A DNA stretch of 45,642 nt from Mollicutes bacterium (GTDB lineage: Bacteria; Bacillota_I; Bacilli_A; RFN20; CAG-826): contig JALEXS010000036.1 in the NCBI GenBank assembly GCA_022780025.1, forward strand, positions 1-45,642, read 5' to 3'. How positions within the stretch are numbered: the stretch's first letter is position 1; the number at the start of each line of letters is the position of its first letter. The translations under genes were made by a program, and so were the position numbers. Positions 39,159 to 45,642 of the stretch are shown piece after piece. The notes under the pieces are model-generated. The model had not been told where the DNA came from. It saw only the letters and a program-made list of their open reading frames with translations, and made no database searches.

Positions 39159-39990
39159 AATTTATTGCTTCTTTTGTTGCACATGCTCCAAGTGAAACTT
39201 TATTCATTGATGCATTAGTGTCTTCTTTTTCTATTTCAATACCAAGTTCTGTCTTAATCCATTCATAACCCATGGTATCTATTTTTTCAATTAAACTAGC
39301 ATCACCACTAGTAGCAATTCTTCCATTAATCATAACAAAACATTTTGTTGGATGAATTAAATCAAATAATCTAGCATAGTGAGAAATAACTAGGAAACTA
39401 ATATTTTGAGTTTCGAATTGCTTTTTAATACATTCACTAACGATATTAATAGCATCAACATCAAGACCACTATCAATTTCATCAAGCATAGCAAAACTAG
39501 GATTTAATAACATCATTTGTAAAATTTCATTTCTTTTCTTTTCACCACCACTAAATCCTTCATTAAGCATTCTATTCATCATATCAAATGGCATATGAAC
39601 TTCTTTACATGCATTTTCTAGTGATTTATAAAATTTGTATAAACTAACTTTCTTTTCATTATGAGAATTAATTGCGTTCTTATAAAAATCAGCAGTGATA
39701 ACACCAGGTATTTCACATGGATTTTGAAATGCTAAAAATAAACCTTTACGACTTCTTTCATCAATAGACATCTTCAAAACATCTTCACCATTATAAGTTA
39801 TTGAACCACTTGTAACTTTATATCTAGGATTACCCATTATAGCAGCCATAAGAGTTGACTTACCATGACCATTTGGTCCTAATAAAGCGACCATTTCATG
39901 ATCATTAATTTCTAAGTTTACACCCTTAAGGATTTCTTTATTTTCTATACTAACATGTAAATCTTTAATTACTAATTTCCCCATAATCAT
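39145..39990 (-). CDS. sufC: Fe-S assembly ATPase SufC
   Basis: GPNGHGKST, FLAFQNP, NEGFSGGEKKRNEILQ, LDEIDSGLDVDA; alternative start 39984. Confidence 0.96.
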   Translation of the reverse strand: MIMGKLVIKDLHVSIENKEILKGVNLEINDHEMVALLGPNGHGKSTLMAAIMGNPRYKVTSGSITYNGEDVLKMSIDERSRKGLFLAFQNPCEIPGVITADFYKNAINSHNEKKVSLYKFYKSLENACKEVHMPFDMMNRMLNEGFSGGEKKRNEILQMMLLNPSFAMLDEIDSGLDVDAINIVSECIKKQFETQNISFLVISHYARLFDLIHPTKCFVMINGRIATSGDASLIEKIDTMGYEWIKTELGIEIEKEDTNASMNKVSLGACATKEAINYENK

Positions 39991-40005
39991 TCCTCAAACG
40001 TTGAT

Positions 40006-40034
40006 ATTTTATATCAATTTGAATATGATAACAA
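40006..40034 (-). promoter_or_regulatory. Candidate sigma-A promoter of the suf operon
   Basis: Minus strand TTGTTA-17 nt-TAAAAT; overlaps the palindrome TTGATAT-N3-ATATCAA. Confidence 0.4.
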
Positions 40035-40094
40035 ATAATAAGACTATTTTTTTAAATAATTTTGATTACTAGCTCCAAAAACAACAAAAATCTA

Positions 40095-40123
40095 TTGAGA
40101 TATTTATACTATAAGTATAAAAT
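40095..40123 (+). promoter_or_regulatory. Candidate sigma-A promoter of the PrsA-like pair
   Basis: TTGAGA-17 nt-TAAAAT; contains the palindrome TTTATACT-N3-AGTATAAA. Confidence 0.45.
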
Positions 40124-40171
40124 AGAAAAAGCTATTTGAAAGGTAGTTATATTTTTAGGAGGAAAAACGAG

Positions 40172-42079
40172 ATGAATAAATGCAAAAAGGCATTATCAAT
40201 GTTAGTTGGTTTAACTTCTACTTTTTCTATGACTGCTTGTAATAGTATAAAAGCAACCAAGAAAGCTGGTTCTTTACTTGACTATACTACAAGCGATGGA
40301 ACTAAAGTAGACTTTACTACTAACGATCTTCTCATCAATTATTTTGAAGAAAATTCTGCTTCTACTAGCGATGTTTATAATATTGTCTACGAAGCAATGT
40401 TAAAGAAATACTTTGAAAAAGAAGAAAACAAAACAACCTTAACAGAACTTGAACGTAAAGCTAAAGACGACGTCAAAAAGAAAAAAGATGATGCTCAAAG
40501 TAACGCTGATTCAAACAAAACAAAATACAAAGATGAATGGGAAAAGATTCTTGATACTGAATTAAGTGATTATAAAGAAGGTAAAAGAACTGAAAAAGTA
40601 CTTTATAACAAATACTTAGTCACTGCTATGAAGTCTAAATTAAGTGATATTTTCTATGATGAATTCAAAGATTGGAACTGGAAAGATAAATATCAATCCG
40701 GAACTAAAGAATATGAATTACAAAAAGAATTCAATATCTTTAGCGGAAATAATGGTTATCTTGAAAAAAGAATTCCTTATCACGTTTCCCATATTTTAGT
40801 TAAAGTTGATGCTTCAAGTAATACAATTTATAATGGCGAAATTAGTGCTGATGATGCAAGTCAAATTTATAACGTCGTTGATCCATTAGCTCATGGCGAT
40901 TTCAAATTTGGTACTGTTGCTGAAATGAACTCTGATGACTCATCTAAATCAAGCTATGGTAATTTAGGTATTATGGATATAGCTACTAGCTTCGTTAATG
41001 AATTTAAATTAGGCATTTATATTTATGACGCTTTATTTAATGATAATGAACAAGTTAAAGAAGCAATCAAAGGTGATCCATTCAATATGGATGCTGAAAC
41101 AACTGATTATTTTGAAAAATTAGGTGTTAACTTTATCCCTTATACTGCTGTTGAAGATATTTATAAATATAGAAATACAACTTTAGATGCTCAAAATAGA
41201 CAAGTTAACGATGGTAATGCAAATTATTATCCACGTAATATCTTATTTAATAAATATTTTAATAGTCATAACATTTCCTTTATTACTAAAGAAAGTTCTG
41301 ATTTCGAAAATGCAGCTGCTTTAAAACTTAATGGTAAAACTGGTAATGATGGTAAAACTTATTACACAGATTTAAATGATCAAGGTAAATGGTCAAATGG
41401 TTCTAAACTTACTGATGCTTCATTAACTGGATTTAAAGAAATTACATTTAAAAATGGTGTTAAAAAAGAAATTTTATGTGATGAAAAAGGTAATCCAATT
41501 ATCGTTACAAGAGCTGGAACTAGTGATTATCAAGGAATTCACTTCATTGTTGTTGAACGTGATGGATTAGAAACTACTAAAGATGGTGTATCTCTTGAAC
41601 AATATTATGCAGCTGATACTCCATACTTAACAGATGGTACTATCAACCCTAACTTCCCATTAAATAGTGATAATCAACCTCTTAATACTTATATTAATAA
41701 TACAATCAGTGATTATAATACTTATAAGTCAAGAGCTGAAAACCTTAAAACAACTATTAAAGATTTCGATTCAACTTATGATGAAAGAGTCTACGAATGG
41801 TTATTACAAACTAGCGAACTTGGTCAAGCTGATATTATCGTAAAATATGGTGATAAAGAAGTTAATTGGACAGAAAAAATTAATAAATATGTTTATCAAC
41901 GTATTGAAAAGAATGCTTCAAGTTACACAATTAGTGAAGATACTTGGGAAGAATATATTGATTACTTAAAGAATCAAGAAACTCAAAGAGCTACAAAATT
42001 AATTCCTGAAACTTGTGCTGTTGGTTTCTCAAGTGGTACTGGCTATGATGCCGAAGGAGTTTGTTATTATGCAAAATAA
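40172..42079 (+). CDS. Large lipoprotein with parvulin-type PPIase motifs (PrsA-like foldase)
   Basis: ATG 40172 after SD AGGAGG; lipobox MTAC; YHVSHILVK...FGTVAEMNSDD...YGNLG...FVNEF, and later GIHFIVV. Confidence 0.75.
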   Translation: MNKCKKALSMLVGLTSTFSMTACNSIKATKKAGSLLDYTTSDGTKVDFTTNDLLINYFEENSASTSDVYNIVYEAMLKKYFEKEENKTTLTELERKAKDDVKKKKDDAQSNADSNKTKYKDEWEKILDTELSDYKEGKRTEKVLYNKYLVTAMKSKLSDIFYDEFKDWNWKDKYQSGTKEYELQKEFNIFSGNNGYLEKRIPYHVSHILVKVDASSNTIYNGEISADDASQIYNVVDPLAHGDFKFGTVAEMNSDDSSKSSYGNLGIMDIATSFVNEFKLGIYIYDALFNDNEQVKEAIKGDPFNMDAETTDYFEKLGVNFIPYTAVEDIYKYRNTTLDAQNRQVNDGNANYYPRNILFNKYFNSHNISFITKESSDFENAAALKLNGKTGNDGKTYYTDLNDQGKWSNGSKLTDASLTGFKEITFKNGVKKEILCDEKGNPIIVTRAGTSDYQGIHFIVVERDGLETTKDGVSLEQYYAADTPYLTDGTINPNFPLNSDNQPLNTYINNTISDYNTYKSRAENLKTTIKDFDSTYDERVYEWLLQTSELGQADIIVKYGDKEVNWTEKINKYVYQRIEKNASSYTISEDTWEEYIDYLKNQETQRATKLIPETCAVGFSSGTGYDAEGVCYYAK

Positions 42080-43964
42080 AAAAGTATTAGCCTTAGCTTT
42101 AGCTGCCTTTGCAACTTTAGGATTAACAAGCTGTGGTAAAAAAATCTATCCTGGACTTAAAACAGATAGTATCACTATTCAAAATGGTGAAGGTGTATTT
42201 TCTAAAGATGATTTAACTTATATTTATGAAAAATTACACGATAGCAGTTCTACTCCAAGTGAAGTTAGAGATGCAATCTTATCAGAATATGCTAAAAAAT
42301 ATATTGGTGACTTCAAACTTAATGATGAAGGTAATGGTGTTATCTTAGTAGGTTATGATAAAACTAAAGAAGGAACTGATGTTGATGATGCTGCTAAATT
42401 AGCATTTATTAAAAAACATGAAATATATCATGATAAAGATGCTACTACTGGTAAATATAAGACTGAAGATGAAACTTCTTCTTTAACAGATACTATTAAA
42501 GCTAGAGTTGCTACTATTAAAAACCTTATATATAAGAATATAGTTACTAAAATCTATAACGAAGCTAATAGTGATTCTTATAAAACAAACAATTATTTCT
42601 ATGAATATAAATTTGCTAGAGCAAAATTTGAATCAAGTAAAATCACTGGATTTGATGATGATTTAAAAGATGCTAGTACAAAAGTTAATATTTATGATAA
42701 GAAATATGAACAAGAATTAGTATTAAGTGGTAAAAAATACACAATTCCTGAAGGAACAGTATTTACTAATAAAATCTTAATTGATTCTTCAATTAGTACT
42801 GAAAATCTTGATTCTATTATCGGTAACGATAATTCTACTGGTGTTCAAGTATTACATTTAAATTTATATGTTGATTATATTAATAGATCAGTTATGCCTG
42901 ATATCTTAAATAATTTATTAATTGAACAATATATTTATGATAATCAATACACTACATTAAGTAGAACTCAAGCTAGAAAAATTAACTATATTGCAATTAC
43001 TACTACTTCTAATAATATAAATAGTGCTCGTAGATTAATTAATACATTTGTTACTAATTATATTATTAATGGCACTCCTGCTACTCAAGATAATTATACT
43101 CCAATTAATTTTGATATCTTAGCAGATGCTTGGAAGGGAGTTTATGATACTGATGGTGTCTTAAATATTTCTGGTTCTGAAGCTGGTGAAGCTTTATTAA
43201 CAGATACTAAATCTAGATATACTAAAGTTACTACTCATGATGAAGCTATTGGTTTAGCTAGCGGTAATACAACTTCTTATATCGATAAAGTTAATCACTA
43301 TTATTATCAAGATACACAATATGGTGCATTAATGGAAAACTTTGCAAAAATTAACCAAAATGCTCATGATTCTGTATCAAATGAACAATGGAATTCATTT
43401 ACTAATAGCGGAAGTTATAGCTATGAAAAAGGTTTAGAAATCAAAACTAACGATATCTTAGTTAGTGATTATACTAAAAATATTTGGGGAACTACTTCAA
43501 GTGGATTTAGTGATTTACCATCATCCGTTACTAGTAACTTATTCGATTACATGGTCTCTATTGATACTGATGTTATTCCTGGTGAAGAAGCTTCATTTAG
43601 TTCAGATTATGTTGTCTTAAAGAATGGTCGTTACTTCTTAAGAAGAAGCAATTCTCAATCAGATGATTTATTAGATAGTATCGTCATTAAAGATGGTGAT
43701 AGTACAACATTCTATATCGTTGAAATTGAAGCTGCTTTATCTCAAAAGAAAATGGCTTTAAGTGCTACTACTGAAAACGGTGGTTATGATCCAATTACTA
43801 AAGAAGAAATTGCTAGAGAAGTTGGTTATACATTAGCTAGTGGTGATACTTATAAAAATACTGCATATTTATATTACTTAGAAAAATGTAATATTAAATA
43901 TCACGATCAATCTATATTCGATTACATGAAGGAAACATATCCTGACTTATTCGATGAAGATTAA
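42069..43964 (+). CDS. Large lipoprotein, possibly a degenerate PrsA-like paralogue
   Basis: ATG 42069 (MQNKK) overlaps the upstream gene end; lipobox LTSC; ARKINYIAI, FDILA, FYIVEI and terminal IKYHD loosely echo the PrsA layout. Confidence 0.6.
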   Translation: MQNKKVLALALAAFATLGLTSCGKKIYPGLKTDSITIQNGEGVFSKDDLTYIYEKLHDSSSTPSEVRDAILSEYAKKYIGDFKLNDEGNGVILVGYDKTKEGTDVDDAAKLAFIKKHEIYHDKDATTGKYKTEDETSSLTDTIKARVATIKNLIYKNIVTKIYNEANSDSYKTNNYFYEYKFARAKFESSKITGFDDDLKDASTKVNIYDKKYEQELVLSGKKYTIPEGTVFTNKILIDSSISTENLDSIIGNDNSTGVQVLHLNLYVDYINRSVMPDILNNLLIEQYIYDNQYTTLSRTQARKINYIAITTTSNNINSARRLINTFVTNYIINGTPATQDNYTPINFDILADAWKGVYDTDGVLNISGSEAGEALLTDTKSRYTKVTTHDEAIGLASGNTTSYIDKVNHYYYQDTQYGALMENFAKINQNAHDSVSNEQWNSFTNSGSYSYEKGLEIKTNDILVSDYTKNIWGTTSSGFSDLPSSVTSNLFDYMVSIDTDVIPGEEASFSSDYVVLKNGRYFLRRSNSQSDDLLDSIVIKDGDSTTFYIVEIEAALSQKKMALSATTENGGYDPITKEEIAREVGYTLASGDTYKNTAYLYYLEKCNIKYHDQSIFDYMKETYPDLFDED

Positions 43965-43979
43965 TCTAAATTAATTTTA

Positions 43980-44005
43980 AAAAGGAGTTTGCAAAAACTC
44001 CTTTT
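43980..44005 (+). terminator. Intrinsic terminator
   Basis: AAAAGGAGTTT-GCAA-AAACTCCTTTT. Confidence 0.8.
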
Positions 44006-44030
44006 AATATAATTAAAGGAGTAAATATTT

Positions 44031-44459
44031 ATGGAAGAATTTGAAAAAAATTGTGTATTTTGTAATATTGGTTTACATTTAATACCTTCAAATATCATTT
44101 ATGAAGATGATGATATTTTAGCTTTTTTAGATGTTAACCCAGCAACTTATGGACATACTTTAATTATTCCTAAAAAACATTATGATAATTTCTTATGTTG
44201 TCCTAAAGAAGTTATGCATAAAATTATGGATTTAGCTCAAAGAATTGGTCAAGTTTCAATTAAAGAATTAGGTGCTAAAGGTGTCAATATATTAACTAAT
44301 TGTGGCGAAGCTGCTGGACAATCAGTTAAACATTTTCATGTTCATGTAATTCCTAGATATGAAGCTAAAGAAGGATTCCAAATTACAATGAAAGGTAATT
44401 TAAAAGATTTAAATTTACCATCATTAGCAATTCAAATTAAACAAGATTTGAAAAAATAA
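44031..44459 (+). CDS. hit: HIT family nucleotide hydrolase
   Basis: CVFC, AFLDVNP, GHTLIIPKKH, AGQSVKHFHVHVIPR. Confidence 0.95.
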   Translation: MEEFEKNCVFCNIGLHLIPSNIIYEDDDILAFLDVNPATYGHTLIIPKKHYDNFLCCPKEVMHKIMDLAQRIGQVSIKELGAKGVNILTNCGEAAGQSVKHFHVHVIPRYEAKEGFQITMKGNLKDLNLPSLAIQIKQDLKK

Positions 44460-44507
44460 TTGAATTCTGAAGGCTTTTCAAATTAAATAAGCATTTTTTA
44501 GAAAATT

Positions 44508-44533
44508 AAAACCATTCATTATTGAATGGTTTT
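44508..44533. terminator. Bidirectional terminator between hit and yhaM
   Basis: AAAACCATTCA-TTAT-TGAATGGTTTT between convergent genes. Confidence 0.8.
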
Positions 44534-44561
44534 TTCTTTATTTATTTAAATATATTATTTA

Positions 44562-45491
44562 TTAAATATCATGTCTTTTATAAAACGAAGCATTATCTAA
44601 AGCAAATATACGATCAGTATATTCACCATCATTAACATCTTTATAAGCTTTATCTAATACCATCATTTTAGCATCCATATCGTCAATCATTGATAATAAT
44701 AAAGCTTCTCTAGTTAAAGGAGTTACAGGTGAACCGTATTCTTGTTTACCATGATGAGCTAATATCATATGTTCAAGTAACATTGGTATTTCTCCAGTTA
44801 TATTTAAATTATCACATGTCTCTTTAATAATACTCATACCAATAGAAATATGACCTAATAAATTTCCTTCATTTGTATAACTTGGTGATATTGGATCACT
44901 AAATTCGATAACTTTACCAAGATCATGTAATAAACATCCAGTAATTAATAAATCATAACTAATATCATTATAAATTTTACATACTTGTTCAGCTACTTTA
45001 CACATACAGACACTGTGATGAATTAATCCATGATAAAATTCATGATGATTTCTTACTGCAGCTGGAAAAATAATATAATCATTATAATATTTATCAAATA
45101 TAGCATTTAATATTTGAACTAAAGTTTCATTATGAACACTATTTTTATAATAATTAAAATCATTAATAAGTTCTTCTTCAGGAATCGGACTACTCATTAT
45201 AACTGAAGAGAAATCGCTATATTCTTTATTAGCGATATTGTCAGAAGCAATTCTTAATTGTAATTTATCTTTAAAAGAAGTTACATCTCCATCAATTAAT
45301 AATAAAGCTCCTTTTTTAAAATTTTCTAAATCTTTAGCATCAATATCCCACTTCTTACCTTCTATTGTTCCAGATTTATCTTGAAGTAAAATAGACATGT
45401 AATTTTTTCCAGTAGTTGTTACACCTTTTGTAACATCTTTAACTAGGAATACTTGTGATATAGTTTCACCAATTTTGAAATCTTTAATCAT
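44562..45491 (-). CDS. yhaM: 3'-5' exoribonuclease YhaM/Cbf1 (OB fold plus HD domain)
   Basis: LQDKSGTIEGKKWD, PAAVRNHH, LLHDLGK, EGNLLGHI, HMILAHHG..EYGSP. Confidence 0.93.
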   Translation of the reverse strand: MIKDFKIGETISQVFLVKDVTKGVTTTGKNYMSILLQDKSGTIEGKKWDIDAKDLENFKKGALLLIDGDVTSFKDKLQLRIASDNIANKEYSDFSSVIMSSPIPEEELINDFNYYKNSVHNETLVQILNAIFDKYYNDYIIFPAAVRNHHEFYHGLIHHSVCMCKVAEQVCKIYNDISYDLLITGCLLHDLGKVIEFSDPISPSYTNEGNLLGHISIGMSIIKETCDNLNITGEIPMLLEHMILAHHGKQEYGSPVTPLTREALLLSMIDDMDAKMMVLDKAYKDVNDGEYTDRIFALDNASFYKRHDI

Positions 45492-45642
45492 AACTTTTTA
45501 TCTTGTATTCTAAATTTATCTCAATAATTGAGTAATTTAGAATTTCTCCTTTCTTGAGAATGTTGGAAAAGATCTCCATCTATTGTATAATGAATCTGCT
45601 GTGGATTTGTTTCTATAACCATACAGCGTTGACTGTTTAAGG

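Overview
Very AT-rich chromosomal window from a low-GC Bacilli/Erysipelotrichales-like bacterium (an RFN20-type uncultured lineage is my inference). TAA, TAG and TGA all act as stops. Nearly all genes are on the minus strand. From ~270 to 31 kb lies a block of surface proteins: 10 lipoprotein genes (one interrupted by two in-frame stops), a 1351-aa subtilisin/lactocepin-like S8 protease ending in a Cys-Gly-Gly tail rather than LPXTG, a DUF3899-like gene and an oppABCDF operon with large insertions. Then come a tightly coupled sufCDSUB-mnmG-rsmG-parA-parB string (ParB has a degenerate CTPase motif), two divergently transcribed giant PrsA-like lipoproteins, hit and yhaM. A probable IS3-family right end is at the left edge. 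Best leads: (1) the only in-frame CGG codon I found sits at a conserved Trp position, suggesting CGG=Trp; (2) a putative protein-utilisation locus of protease, lipoprotein paralogues and modified Opp; (3) the GCGG C-terminal sorting signal; (4) the tandem giant PrsA pair. All domain calls are by eye, with no searches run.
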